Virus record (IMG/VR): IMGVR_UViG_3300028412_000009
Source of the DNA: a virus
DNA: 64,000 nt
Strand: one strand, 5' to 3'
The notes below the pieces were generated by a model. The model saw only the letters and a program-made list of their open reading frames with translations, had not been told where the DNA came from and ran no database searches. Positions 45,538-54,758 of the stretch are shown one piece after another. The translations under genes were made by a program, and so were the position numbers. Positions within the stretch are counted from its first letter, which is position 1. Every line of letters starts with the position of its first letter.

Positions 45538-46773
45538 ATGGCTACAACAAAAAAGCCTAGTTTGGCTCAAGTTCTAGCAGGAGCCCAGAAGAAATACGAC
45601 ATCAAGGCAGGAGCTATGAGCTCCATTGCCGAGGATGTTCAGGTCATTCCTTCCAATGTGATTGCCCTCGATGCCGCTACTGGCGTGTGGGGATTGCCGC
45701 TTGGGCGTTCCGTTGAGCTCTATGGTCCCCCTAGCTGTGGGAAGACTACAGTTGCCCTACACACTGCCGCTGAGCTTCAGCGGATTATCAAGGAGGGGGG
45801 AGATCCTGAGCGAGGGATCAGCCCCACCGATAAGATTGCCTACTTCGATTATGAGTACGCAATGGATCCTTCGTATTCCAGGACTTTAGGATTTGATCCT
45901 GACGATGAAGAGACTTGTGTCTTCGCTCAGCCGGACTTCCTGGAGACCGGAGCTGATCTCATGATTGAGATGATCGAGAGTGGCGAAGTACGCTTGGTGA
46001 TCATTGATTCAATTGCCGGTATGACGCCAAAGTCCATAGAAGAGAACTCGGTAGGTAAGAGTCTGCCCGCTGTTCAGGCAAAGCTCCTGACTACGCTTGG
46101 ACAGAAGCTCAACCCGATTCTTGCCAAGAACAATTGCCTTTTGATCTACCTGAACCACTCCAAGGAAGTCATGGCTATGGGGGGTTATGGGCCTCCCCAA
46201 ACCTCCACTCCGGGCGGTAAGGCCGTCAAGTACTTTGCTTCTATGAGAGTTGAGTTCACTCCCCTGAAGAAGCATAAGAGTAAGTTCAAAGACCCTGTGA
46301 CTCAGGAAGAGGTCGAGCTTCCGACCTCCACGGACGTGAAGATCAACATCACTAAGAACAAGGTGGGCCCTCCGTTCAAGCGCGGGGTTGCCCGGGTTCG
46401 GTACGGTCGGGGCTTTGACAACTTCTGGACAGCTCTTCAGGCACTTCTCGCGGCCAAGAAGATTGTCTACAGCGCGGGGAGCTATTACTTTGACCGCTTC
46501 GATGAAGAGGACGCTGAGCAGGCCGCGCCCGCCTGGATGAACCGGGCCAAAACAGGCAAGAACTCAGAGCGTCCGGCTATTCGCGGAGAGGACAACGTCT
46601 TCAAGATGGGAGATGCCCACCCCGAGTGGCGAGCTTTCCTGATCGAGAGGGCGCGAGAGATCATCCACGCCAACCTGGAGGTCCTTGAGGAAGTTCAGGA
46701 AAATGAGGATGAAGAGGCTTCAGGACTTGACATTGAACCGGCGAGCGGGCAGACTAAGCGAGTCAGCCTTTAA
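45538..46773 (+). CDS. RecA-family recombinase
   Basis: Walker A VELYGPPSCGKTTVAL. RecA-like LVIIDSIAGMTPK. 411 aa with a C-terminal extension. Confidence 0.7.
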   Translation: MATTKKPSLAQVLAGAQKKYDIKAGAMSSIAEDVQVIPSNVIALDAATGVWGLPLGRSVELYGPPSCGKTTVALHTAAELQRIIKEGGDPERGISPTDKIAYFDYEYAMDPSYSRTLGFDPDDEETCVFAQPDFLETGADLMIEMIESGEVRLVIIDSIAGMTPKSIEENSVGKSLPAVQAKLLTTLGQKLNPILAKNNCLLIYLNHSKEVMAMGGYGPPQTSTPGGKAVKYFASMRVEFTPLKKHKSKFKDPVTQEEVELPTSTDVKINITKNKVGPPFKRGVARVRYGRGFDNFWTALQALLAAKKIVYSAGSYYFDRFDEEDAEQAAPAWMNRAKTGKNSERPAIRGEDNVFKMGDAHPEWRAFLIERAREIIHANLEVLEEVQENEDEEASGLDIEPASGQTKRVSL

Positions 46774-46792
46774 CATCGACTAGGAGGCCCCT

Positions 46793-47026
46793 GTGGCTCA
46801 ATCTTCAAGCTCAGCCCGTTCTAGCTCATCCGGAGGTATCGGATTTGCGGGGCTTCTGACTATTGCTTTTATCGTGCTCAAGCTTACAGGGGTTATCTCC
46901 TGGTCATGGTTGTGGGTACTTTCCCCTCTTTGGATCAGCTTCGCTCTTGGCTTGCTTATCCTGACCATCTTTCTTATTTGCGTGTTGTTTTCGGCCATAT
47001 TCTTGGGAGGTAGTAAGAAGTGGTAA
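46793..47026 (+). CDS. Small membrane protein (2 TM)
   Basis: 77 aa with two hydrophobic helices. Confidence 0.3.
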   Translation: MAQSSSSARSSSSGGIGFAGLLTIAFIVLKLTGVISWSWLWVLSPLWISFALGLLILTIFLICVLFSAIFLGGSKKW

Positions 47027-48264
47027 CCCTAGAGCAAGTAAAAGAAAACCTCATCACTGAGAATGAGGTAATGGAGCGTCTGGGAAAGTTAGAACCCTTA
47101 GGCTCCGTGGCTCTCACCAAAGACAGTAAGGTCAAGTTTGAAATCGACCCCGAGTGGAGCCTTGACGTAGACACGTTGGAAGACTCCGATCCCGTCAAGG
47201 TGCATCTCACTATCGACGGTCAAGAACGCCAGCTTTCGAAGGAAGCTTTCTTCCAGTCGGCTGTTAACATGGGTCTCCCGATGTCCACTGTGAAGCGCGT
47301 TCCTCACGACGCTGTACAGGGGTTCCTCAACAGGACTTACAGAGACTCCGGGAAAGAGTACAACGTTCTCTCCGTAGATGGGCTCGCCTCTGCGTTCACT
47401 CCCCCCACCATCATCCCCTTCTCAAATCTTGAGCTGATGGAGCGTGTGCTGGGGTCTATTCGGTCAACCTACGGTTCAGACTCTGAGGTCTATGCTGATT
47501 TCAAGTTCAATCACTCGCTGACTCGAACCGATGTCCGCCTCATTGTTCCAGCCGAGTTCCGCAGAATGCAGGACACCCACATGGATGATGTTCCTCATGG
47601 GCAGGAAGATGATTGGGCCGCAGGGATCCACCTGTCCAACTCTCTCATTGGGAAGTCTCAGACGACTCTCCAGGCCTACATGTTCCGCTGGTGGTGCTCC
47701 AACGGGTGCACTACTAAGCTGGAGTCCGTAGGGAAGTGGGATCGACGCAGTAATGTTCACCGCACGGACGAGGTCTATCGGTGGGCCGCAGAGGCTGTCA
47801 ATGAAGTTCTGGGTGGGATGGAAGAGCGCTTTGACCAGGTTCAAGCCCTGACCTCTCTTGAGGTGCAGGACCCGGCCACTGCCCTGAATGAGGTCTTCGG
47901 TCACTACTCGTTACCTGCTCGTCAGCGCAACCGGATCCTTGACACGGTCGTTTCCACGTCAGATCTGACAATGTATACGCTCATGCAGGCAGTGACAGAG
48001 GCGGCTAATGATCCTGCCCTATCTCCAGGGGACGTTAACCGACTCCTTCATGTAGGTGGAGACTTTGCAGGAGAGGGAGTCCTCGACCCTATCAAGGCTC
48101 GTGTCTTCCGTTCTGGTCAAATGGCTGGCCCTGACGCTCCCAACCCCTTTGAGATCTCTACTAGGATCGAAGTAGGCAATCTTATCGGTGGGGCTGATCT
48201 CTCGCTCAGGATCTCCCCCCTCCTTGATAATCCGCTGAAGCTCAGCGGCAGTGTGAGGGACTGA
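47020..48264 (+). CDS. Hypothetical protein
   Basis: 414-aa ORF with no recognisable motif. Confidence 0.3.
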   Translation: MVTLEQVKENLITENEVMERLGKLEPLGSVALTKDSKVKFEIDPEWSLDVDTLEDSDPVKVHLTIDGQERQLSKEAFFQSAVNMGLPMSTVKRVPHDAVQGFLNRTYRDSGKEYNVLSVDGLASAFTPPTIIPFSNLELMERVLGSIRSTYGSDSEVYADFKFNHSLTRTDVRLIVPAEFRRMQDTHMDDVPHGQEDDWAAGIHLSNSLIGKSQTTLQAYMFRWWCSNGCTTKLESVGKWDRRSNVHRTDEVYRWAAEAVNEVLGGMEERFDQVQALTSLEVQDPATALNEVFGHYSLPARQRNRILDTVVSTSDLTMYTLMQAVTEAANDPALSPGDVNRLLHVGGDFAGEGVLDPIKARVFRSGQMAGPDAPNPFEISTRIEVGNLIGGADLSLRISPLLDNPLKLSGSVRD

Positions 48265-48863
48265 TGAAATTCAAGCAGGTGAGACACCTCCTTTGGTGTG
48301 ATTTGGAGACATCAAGCCTCCCAAAAAAGAATGACTACTCCGGTGTTCATATTTTGGAAGTTGGAGTTATTCTTACTGATATGTCTCTCAATAAGTTGGG
48401 AGGATACAGTGAAGTAATCAAGATGACCGACGAGGCCGCTGACTCTCTGCGCAAAACCCCTGGAGTTTTGGAGATGCACAAGAGTAGCGGCCTCTTGAAG
48501 GACTGCGTCAATGCGACGATGACAGTCCCGGATGTTGAGTCTGAGATCCTGGCGTTGCTTGATGACAACAACGTCGAGGTCCAAGCGGTAGCCCTTGCAG
48601 GCTCGGGAGTGACAGCGTTCGATCATCCCGTGATCAAGGAGCATATGCCTCTCCTTGCAGAGGCTCTGACGTACTTCAGTTATGACATTGGCTCTTTCCG
48701 CAGAATGTTCAAGCTTGTCAGTGGGGGAACGCCTATCGTCAATCCCTCCAACCACAGTTATGGGCCGACCAAGAAGCATCGAGCTATGGAGGACATCAAG
48801 GCTCATCTGGAGGAGGCTGAGGAATACATGGAGGCTGTCAAAAAGCTCCTTCCTCCCTTCTAG
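48264..48863 (+). CDS. DEDDh-family 3'-5' exonuclease (DnaQ-like)
   Basis: Exo I WCDLETSSL. Exo II VTAFDHPV. Exo III HRAMEDI (H-x4-D). Confidence 0.55.
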   Translation: MKFKQVRHLLWCDLETSSLPKKNDYSGVHILEVGVILTDMSLNKLGGYSEVIKMTDEAADSLRKTPGVLEMHKSSGLLKDCVNATMTVPDVESEILALLDDNNVEVQAVALAGSGVTAFDHPVIKEHMPLLAEALTYFSYDIGSFRRMFKLVSGGTPIVNPSNHSYGPTKKHRAMEDIKAHLEEAEEYMEAVKKLLPPF

Positions 48864-49037
48864 CCAGCAGAGGCTTGACAGGGGCTCACGGGGCGGGTAG
48901 AGTCAAGGGAACTGACTACAAAGAAAGGAACCTCATGGCGCATAACCGAACGGATGTGGGTGGCATGTTTGAATGCACCACCCACGATTGTTTGGGACTG
49001 AACTGTTGGCATCACCTCGGAGACTCTGAGGAAACAG

Positions 49038-49688
49038 ATGAGGAAGGGCCCCTTCTTGATTGAAGCAAAAGAGAGCCTTGCGAGGATCTCACGTTGGGCT
49101 AACGGAGATGTAGTGATCCCTGTTCCTTACATCCCTATCCCTCACTCCTTTAAGAGGAAGCGGAGATTGATGAAGGCGCGTGCTACAGCTAGGGACCGCC
49201 TTTCTTTGATGCAACAGCGAGAAGCCCGATACCAGGAAAGCCTGGCTGTTAATCCTGAGTTTAAGGACTGGTTCGCCTCTTTGAAGAAAAGGGAGCGAAG
49301 GGCCCTTTCGGTTGAGCCTCTAGGGGACTTCTATGTGGGCCAGGCGCGAGCCTCTTACGATATAAGGATCCGCCAGTCCCGTTGGGCCCGGGCTAAAAGG
49401 AATGCCACAAACAGGTATGCTCAGCTCACTTCTTTCAGGAGTAATCAGGATCATGTCCTCTCTCAATTAAGGAGTGGTGCTTTCACCAACGAGAACTCCG
49501 AACTTGCTGTTGGTCAAACCTGGCACTCTAAGAGAGATAATAGAACTGTGCAGATTGTCTCTCTTGGAGAGAAAGTTCATGCGGTCTCCTCGGCTGGAAG
49601 AGGGACAACCATGTCTTATGACGGATTGAAGAAAAACTATCTACCCGAGGCCCAGACTCTGTCCGTGCCTCAAGTTTGGAGAAACTGA
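49038..49688 (+). CDS. Hypothetical protein
   Basis: 216-aa basic ORF. Confidence 0.3.
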   Translation: MRKGPFLIEAKESLARISRWANGDVVIPVPYIPIPHSFKRKRRLMKARATARDRLSLMQQREARYQESLAVNPEFKDWFASLKKRERRALSVEPLGDFYVGQARASYDIRIRQSRWARAKRNATNRYAQLTSFRSNQDHVLSQLRSGAFTNENSELAVGQTWHSKRDNRTVQIVSLGEKVHAVSSAGRGTTMSYDGLKKNYLPEAQTLSVPQVWRN

Positions 49689-49957
49689 TGGCCATGAAAG
49701 CTTATGTGGATAAAGTCATTATCAGCCCCATTGACCCAGAAGATGTCACTCCTTCAGGGCTTGTTCTGGCCCCAGCCAAAAAGCCCGTCCCAACCAGTGG
49801 AAGGGTCGTGTCCGTAGGTCCTAAGGGGGAGTGCCCAATGGACATTGAAGAGGGTCAAGTGGCGTTCTTCAAAGAATTCGCAGGAGCTGAAGTGGAGCGT
49901 GAAGGAGAGAAGTACTATATCCTTCACTACACGGACCTGTTGGCGGTGGAGGCATGA
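49676..49957 (+). CDS. groES: GroES/Cpn10 co-chaperonin homologue
   Basis: KAYVDKVIISP...PSGLVLA...SGRVVSVGPKG...YYILHYTDLLAVEA aligns along the full GroES length, including the mobile-loop and roof regions. The start could be the ATG at 49691. Confidence 0.7.
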   Translation: MEKLMAMKAYVDKVIISPIDPEDVTPSGLVLAPAKKPVPTSGRVVSVGPKGECPMDIEEGQVAFFKEFAGAEVEREGEKYYILHYTDLLAVEA

Positions 49958-50178
49958 GCAGAACAGACTTGGCCCAACAGTATGGACTTCCTGATGTCAT
50001 GGAGGCCCAAGTGGAACTCCGCTTCCTCGGAGGGAGAAGAAATGAATGGGAAGTGGGGATCCATCAAGAATCTGACGAGCTAGAAGAAGTTCTACTGCGC
50101 GCCTATGCCACTGGAGGCACTCCAGAAGAAGCCTTCAAGAAAGCGCTCGTAGAGTATAAGGGTCTCCTCGACTTATGA
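49954..50178 (+). CDS. Hypothetical small protein
   Basis: 74-aa ORF. Confidence 0.25.
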   Translation: MSRTDLAQQYGLPDVMEAQVELRFLGGRRNEWEVGIHQESDELEEVLLRAYATGGTPEEAFKKALVEYKGLLDL

Positions 50179-50441
50179 CCGAGAAGCTGTCCTTCACTCT
50201 TGCCCTCAGAGCTATCGAGGAGGTTGCGGAGGAAATAGATCAGAAGCAAGATGTCATCTTAGATCTCAAAGAGAAGAGAGATGACATGATTCGTGATGCC
50301 CTGAAGGCGGAGATGCCCAAGACAGTCGTATCCCGCGCGGCGGGCCTGTCGGTGGAGCAGATCCGAAACATTGAAGGATACCGTTACTCCCGAGAGTCTC
50401 GCCGTAAGAAGCCAAAGAAGACAGGACCTGAACGTGATTGA
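50175..50441 (+). CDS. Hypothetical small protein
   Basis: 88-aa ORF. Confidence 0.25.
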   Translation: MTEKLSFTLALRAIEEVAEEIDQKQDVILDLKEKRDDMIRDALKAEMPKTVVSRAAGLSVEQIRNIEGYRYSRESRRKKPKKTGPERD

Positions 50442-51369
50442 ACAGATTGAGATCAAGAATTTCCAGTCCCTTCAGTCTGTGTCGCTAGAGCTATCTCCCT
50501 TCACAGTTATTGTGGGACAGTCTTCTTCTGGTAAATCCGCTTTCATTAGGTCCTTGTCTACCTTGATCTCCAATCGTCGGGGGACAGACTTCATTTCACA
50601 CGGGACCACTACCTCCGTGATCACTGCTTCCCTTCCCCAAGGCAAAGTTTCGCTTTCCCGCTCCACTACTGCCTCAAAGAACAAGTACACGGTCATTCCT
50701 CCAGGAAAGGATCCAATAGCTTTCACTAAGTTGGGGGGAGACACACCCCCGGAAGTTTCATCCTTCATGAGGATGTCCCCCAAGGACAGCGTCACTCTGG
50801 CTCAACAGTTCGATAAGCCTTACCTTCTCGCAGAGCCTCCGGGCCAAGCGGCTCAAGCTCTGGGCTCGTTGACCAATGTCCACGTCATCTTTGACTCTGC
50901 TCGTGAGGCCAACCGACAGAGACTGTCAGCCTCACAGAAACTCAAGACCCGCAGAGAAGACTTAGAGGGAGTAGAAGAAAAACTCACTCTTTTCACTGAC
51001 CTTGATGGGTTGTTGGCTCACATTGATGTGGCCGAGGAATGGATCTCTAAGGCCACACGAGCTGAACAGAGGCTTTCTTCCCTCAATGGTCACATTGACA
51101 CGCTCCGCTCTACTAAAGCCGCTCTTGTCCAGGCGCAGGCTGTTCTGGATAGGCATGTTCCTGATGACACTCGCATTGTAGAGCTGTCGTCGCGAAGGCA
51201 AGAACTGAACCGGCTGATCGGGGATCTTCGTCAGGCTTCTGCTCAAGTAAAGACCGCCGTCAGCGACCTCAAATCGGCTGAGGCTGAGATAGAATCTCTA
51301 GAGGTGGAGTACACCCGGGCCCTGCAAGACATGGGAACTTGCCCCACCTGCCTTCAAAAAGTCTCTTGA
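50437..51369 (+). CDS. SbcC/Rad50-like ATPase, N-terminal half, ending at a CxxC zinc hook
   Basis: IEIKNFQSLQSVSLELSPFTVIVGQSSSGKS is the classic SMC/SbcC N-terminal Walker A block. A long coiled-coil follows, and the ORF ends ...GTCPTCLQKVS. The ORF track begins at 50371; a GTG/TTG start near 50437 is likely. Confidence 0.5.
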   Translation: MEQIEIKNFQSLQSVSLELSPFTVIVGQSSSGKSAFIRSLSTLISNRRGTDFISHGTTTSVITASLPQGKVSLSRSTTASKNKYTVIPPGKDPIAFTKLGGDTPPEVSSFMRMSPKDSVTLAQQFDKPYLLAEPPGQAAQALGSLTNVHVIFDSAREANRQRLSASQKLKTRREDLEGVEEKLTLFTDLDGLLAHIDVAEEWISKATRAEQRLSSLNGHIDTLRSTKAALVQAQAVLDRHVPDDTRIVELSSRRQELNRLIGDLRQASAQVKTAVSDLKSAEAEIESLEVEYTRALQDMGTCPTCLQKVS

Positions 51370-51424
51370 CAGGAGACGACTCTGCCACTGGGCTTCAGGC
51401 ACCTACTATAGAAAGGATTCACCC

Positions 51425-52427
51425 ATGTTCGTATTGGCATTGATTCTGATCCTTCTGGGAATTGCTGGGCTTTTTGTCTCCCTGGTGCTCCACAAGAAGG
51501 TCAAGAATATGATGAGCGCGGAGTCTTCGCGCTACTTCAACTCCGATCTGGCAGACGCCAAGTTCGCTAAGAAAACGACTCTGGTCATCTCTTGCATCTT
51601 GGGGGCTGTTGGGCCCGTCGTCTTGTTCTTCAGCTCGTTTTATGTTCAGGATGCTGGTGAGGCAAAGGTTCAGGTTTCGTGGACTGGTGAGCTCATCGGA
51701 CAGACTACTGAGGAGGGACTGCACTTCAAGGCCCCTTGGGTCAGTGTCCGTACCTTCGATGTCCGCAACAACATTGCTTCCTTCATTGATGGCGGGGGAG
51801 ACCACTTATACGGGAGGCAAGGCCACCGGCCCTCAGATCACCTTCCAGGACCGTGATGGTGTGACGGGTAACCTCGATGTTGTCGTTCGATACTCAGTGG
51901 ATCCCACCGCTGTATTGGAGATCTATCGAGAGTTTCAGACCCAGGAAGCCTTTGTTGATCGAGTGATTCTCCAGGGGGTCCGCGAAGAGGCCAGAAATGC
52001 TCCTGCTACTCGTGGGACTCTAGAGGTCTACAACTCCCGAGCTCAGGTAGCTTTCGAGATCTCGGAGTCCTTGCGCGAGCGCTGGGCTGAGGAAGGTGTC
52101 ATCGTTGAAGAGGTCACACTCCAGGAGATTCGCTACAGCTCCGAAGTGACTGCCCGTTTTGATGACGCACAAGCGGCTCGGATTGCTGTGGACCGGGCTG
52201 AGGCTGAGCAGGAAGCGGCTTCGGTTGTTGCTGACACCTTGGTGATTGAAGCACAGGGTGTGGCTGATGCGGCTGTGGTTGAGGCCCAGGGGCGGTCTGA
52301 GGCAAACGAGATCCTCTCCAGCTCCCTGACTGAGGAAATTCTTCTCCAACGCTACATCGACGCACTGAATGATGGTACAATCTATGTAGTCCCGGAGGGA
52401 TCCACTCCCTTCATTGGGACCCGATAG
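51425..52427 (+). pseudogene. SPFH/band-7 (prohibitin/HflKC-like) gene interrupted by a +1 frame change in a G5 run near 51793-51797
   Basis: N-terminal TM helix plus the start of the SPFH domain sit in one frame (51425-51856). The continuation is in another frame (VVRYSVDP...VIEAQGVADAAVVEAQGRSEANEIL...YIDAL...IYVVP, to 52427). The junction lies at ggcgggggag. Confidence 0.5.
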
Positions 52428-52445
52428 GTTCTTAACCGACGCACG

Positions 52446-52481
52446 GAAAGGGAGGGGTTCCACTTCGGGACCCTCCCTTTC
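52446..52481 (+). terminator. Hairpin (terminator-like) downstream of the SPFH gene
   Basis: gaaagggaggg-N14-ccctccctttc is an 11-bp perfect stem. No strong T-tract follows. Confidence 0.35.
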
Positions 52482-52495
52482 TCATAGGAGATCAC

Positions 52496-52702
52496 GTGAT
52501 GACACCCCAAGAGCGCTTTGATGCTTTGCTCAGTATTCAAGCTCAGATGACTTCCCTCAGAGGAGAGATAGATTCCCTTTCGGACTCCGTCTCCGCTCTC
52601 TTATCAGAGAACGTCCCTCAGGCAGAGATTCCTGAGCCTACTGAGGCCACCCCAGACTGGGCTGAACATCCACTTGACGCGCAGGACCAGCACGACGGAT
52701 GA
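52496..52702 (+). CDS. Hypothetical small acidic protein
   Basis: 68-aa ORF. Confidence 0.25.
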   Translation: MMTPQERFDALLSIQAQMTSLRGEIDSLSDSVSALLSENVPQAEIPEPTEATPDWAEHPLDAQDQHDG

Positions 52703-52992
52703 CTAAGACAGCTCAAGACTCCGAAGAGCCGGAAGACCCACGGATGGCCGCTTACCAGGCAATCCAGGACAACCTTACCACTTTGGGTAATATGTCTTCC
52801 TTGGCCATCGCTCGCCAGCTTCTGGACGCGGCCACGTCTAAGCTTTCCAACACTGAGAAAGATGTGATCAGGCAGATACAGTTAGCTTCTATTTATGCTA
52901 ATGTTGCCCAAGCGGAAATCCTCGGAAAGTCAATTGACAATTTATCTGAGGCTATTTTTAAAAAGAGCTTAGACGAGGAAAAGACAGAATGA
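52699..52992 (+). CDS. Hypothetical small protein
   Basis: 97-aa ORF. Confidence 0.25.
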   Translation: MTKTAQDSEEPEDPRMAAYQAIQDNLTTLGNMSSLAIARQLLDAATSKLSNTEKDVIRQIQLASIYANVAQAEILGKSIDNLSEAIFKKSLDEEKTE

Positions 52993-53109
52993 AAACATTG
53001 AAAATCCTCTCATTTACTCTATTAGCTTTAGCCTCTTTTGGGGCTTTATCTGTCTTTCTCTTTTTACACTTGTTGGACCAGCAAATTAGAATGGAAGAAA
53101 GGCAAAAGC

Positions 53110-53709
53110 ATGAATATAGATACCAGCAATAGTCTAATTGGTCTCGGGGGTAGACTTCGATCAGGCAAAGACACTGTGGCTGACTACTTGGTGGAGAGCT
53201 ATGGGTACCGGAAGATTGGTTTTTCGGATGCTCTCCATGAGATGCTTTTGGTGCTCAACCCCACGGTCAACCTCTCTTTCACCAAATCTTCTTACGCTGA
53301 TCTCACAACCAAGCTGGGGTACACGGGCGCTAAGAAGATCCCCGAGGTCCGGAGACTACTTCAAGTGCTGGGCACCGAGGTGGGAAGGAACATGATTGAT
53401 GAAGATCTGTGGGTCAATCAGGCCGAGAAGAAGATTCGAGCTTCTTGGGATGAAGGGTTTCCGGTAGTCATTACTGGAGTTAGATTCCCTAATGAACTCA
53501 AGATGATCAGACTTCTGGAAGGCCGATCTGTCTGGGTCTCTCGTCCTTCTGTGGATGCTCAGACTTCTGCACATTCGTCAGAAAATACATTGCAGCCTGT
53601 TTACTTCAATTCCGTAATTCAGAATTCTGGGTCTCTAGATGATCTTTACGAAAACGTTGACGCCCTTCTTTACCAAAATAACCCCGAACTAAGAAAGTTA
53701 GACAATTGA
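53110..53709 (+). CDS. Deoxynucleoside monophosphate kinase (T4 gp1-like)
   Basis: IGLGGRLRSGKDTVADYLV resembles the T4 dNMP kinase P-loop (LSGVKRSGKDTTADF). The ORF track begins at 53038; the ATG at 53110 is the likelier start. Confidence 0.55.
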   Translation: MNIDTSNSLIGLGGRLRSGKDTVADYLVESYGYRKIGFSDALHEMLLVLNPTVNLSFTKSSYADLTTKLGYTGAKKIPEVRRLLQVLGTEVGRNMIDEDLWVNQAEKKIRASWDEGFPVVITGVRFPNELKMIRLLEGRSVWVSRPSVDAQTSAHSSENTLQPVYFNSVIQNSGSLDDLYENVDALLYQNNPELRKLDN

Positions 53710-54410
53710 CAGAAATTCAGTTCTCAGATATTGCCGTAAATCTCATTGGCTCTATGGGATCTGACGCTTCTATTGTGCAGGCGGCTCGTGTTTCTCTTTC
53801 CGGAGAAAACGAGGTTGAAATGACCTCAAAGGAAGAGGGTCTTATCAATTATTTGATGAGAAATAAGCACGGGTCTCCCTTTGAACACACTACTCTCAAG
53901 TTCTATGTCAAAGCCCCCATCTTTGTGTTCCGTGAATTCCATAGACACAGGATCGGATTCAGTTACAATGAGATGAGTGGCCGATACACCAAGCTGAAAC
54001 CAGAGTTCTATCTTCCTTCTTGGGATAGGCCTTTGATCAATGTGGGGACTAGTGCCTCCCCTGATTTTGCTCCTGGGGATGAGTACCTCGTCACCAAACT
54101 TCGAGAGACTCTCGCTTCTCAGTATCGAAGTGCTTGGAATGATTATGAAGAGCTTATTGCTATGGGGGTTGCCAACGAGGTAGCCAGGGTGCTCCTTCCT
54201 GTGGGAATCATGAGCCAGATGTATGTCACGTGTAATGTTCGGTCCATGATGAGCTTCCTGTCTCTGCGCACCCAGGATGACCGCGCGGCTCATGTCTCGA
54301 AGCCTCAGCTGGAGATCCAGATGGTGGCTCGTCAGATGGAGGAGGCTTTTGCTGGGCTCTTCCCTGTCACCTACGCCAGCTACAACACCAACCAGCGTGT
54401 GGCTCCGTAG
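53706..54410 (+). CDS. thyX: Flavin-dependent thymidylate synthase ThyX
   Basis: ThyX signature REFHRHRIGFSYNEMSGRY (RHRxxxxxxxS-x-R). Confidence 0.85.
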   Translation: MTEIQFSDIAVNLIGSMGSDASIVQAARVSLSGENEVEMTSKEEGLINYLMRNKHGSPFEHTTLKFYVKAPIFVFREFHRHRIGFSYNEMSGRYTKLKPEFYLPSWDRPLINVGTSASPDFAPGDEYLVTKLRETLASQYRSAWNDYEELIAMGVANEVARVLLPVGIMSQMYVTCNVRSMMSFLSLRTQDDRAAHVSKPQLEIQMVARQMEEAFAGLFPVTYASYNTNQRVAP

Positions 54411-54411
54411 A

Positions 54412-54422
54412 GGCCGATAGTA
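54412..54422 (+). promoter_or_regulatory. Conserved intergenic 11-mer GGCCGATAGTA
   Basis: 2 nt after the thyX stop, just upstream of the Y RNA promoter. Confidence 0.3.
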
Positions 54423-54450
54423 GAAAGTTCAAAATTTTTGCCCTCTGAGC

Positions 54451-54480
54451 TTGACAAGGGCCCGGAGGGTCTGTAGTGTC
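54451..54480 (+). promoter_or_regulatory. Sigma-70-like promoter upstream of the Y RNA array
   Basis: TTGACA at 54451-54456, an 18-nt spacer, and TAGTGT at 54475-54480. Lies just downstream of an instance of the conserved 11-mer. Confidence 0.35.
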
Positions 54481-54506
54481 ATCAACATAACTTAACAGCG
54501 CGAGAT

Positions 54507-54592
54507 TTACACGAGCCGAAGAGGCAGTCGGTTATCATTCAAACTGAAATTATGCCCTCGGGCTATCCGACCCTCACCCCATGTTCGTGTGT
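54507..54592 (+). ncRNA. Y RNA-like element 1 (Ro60-binding-type stem with bulged C; internal GC hairpin gccctcgggc)
   Basis: 5' ttaCACGAGC-C-GAAGagg pairs with 3' cCTC-ACCCCAT-GTTCGTGtg. The architecture matches units 2 and 3. A GGTTATC box is shared by all three units. Confidence 0.4.
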
Positions 54593-54598
54593 TTCTTA

Positions 54599-54709
54599 GA
54601 ATGAGCCGAAGAGGCATCGGTTATCCCACTGAAAATGAGAACCTGGCGGTTCGATTCCGTCATTAGTTGGAACAGGTTATTTTTCCGATCTTCACCCCCA
54701 TGCTCATTC
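54599..54709 (+). ncRNA. Y RNA-like element 2 with tRNA-like T-arm
   Basis: 5' GAATGAGC-C-GAAG (54599-54611) pairs with 3' CTTC-ACCCCCAT-GCTCATTC (54690-54709). Internal T-arm GGCGG-TTCGATT-CCGTC at 54645-54661. Confidence 0.5.
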
Positions 54710-54713
54710 ACTC

Positions 54714-54755
54714 GCCTCTCTTGGAGGTTCATCGGGTTCGACTCCCGATGGAGGC
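54714..54755 (+). ncRNA. tRNA top-half-like minihelix (acceptor-like stem GCCTC/GAGGC enclosing a perfect T-arm)
   Basis: TCGGG-TTCGACT-CCCGA (54732-54748) flanked by gcctc...gaggc. No D-arm or anticodon arm is present. Confidence 0.3.
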
Positions 54756-54758
54756 ACA

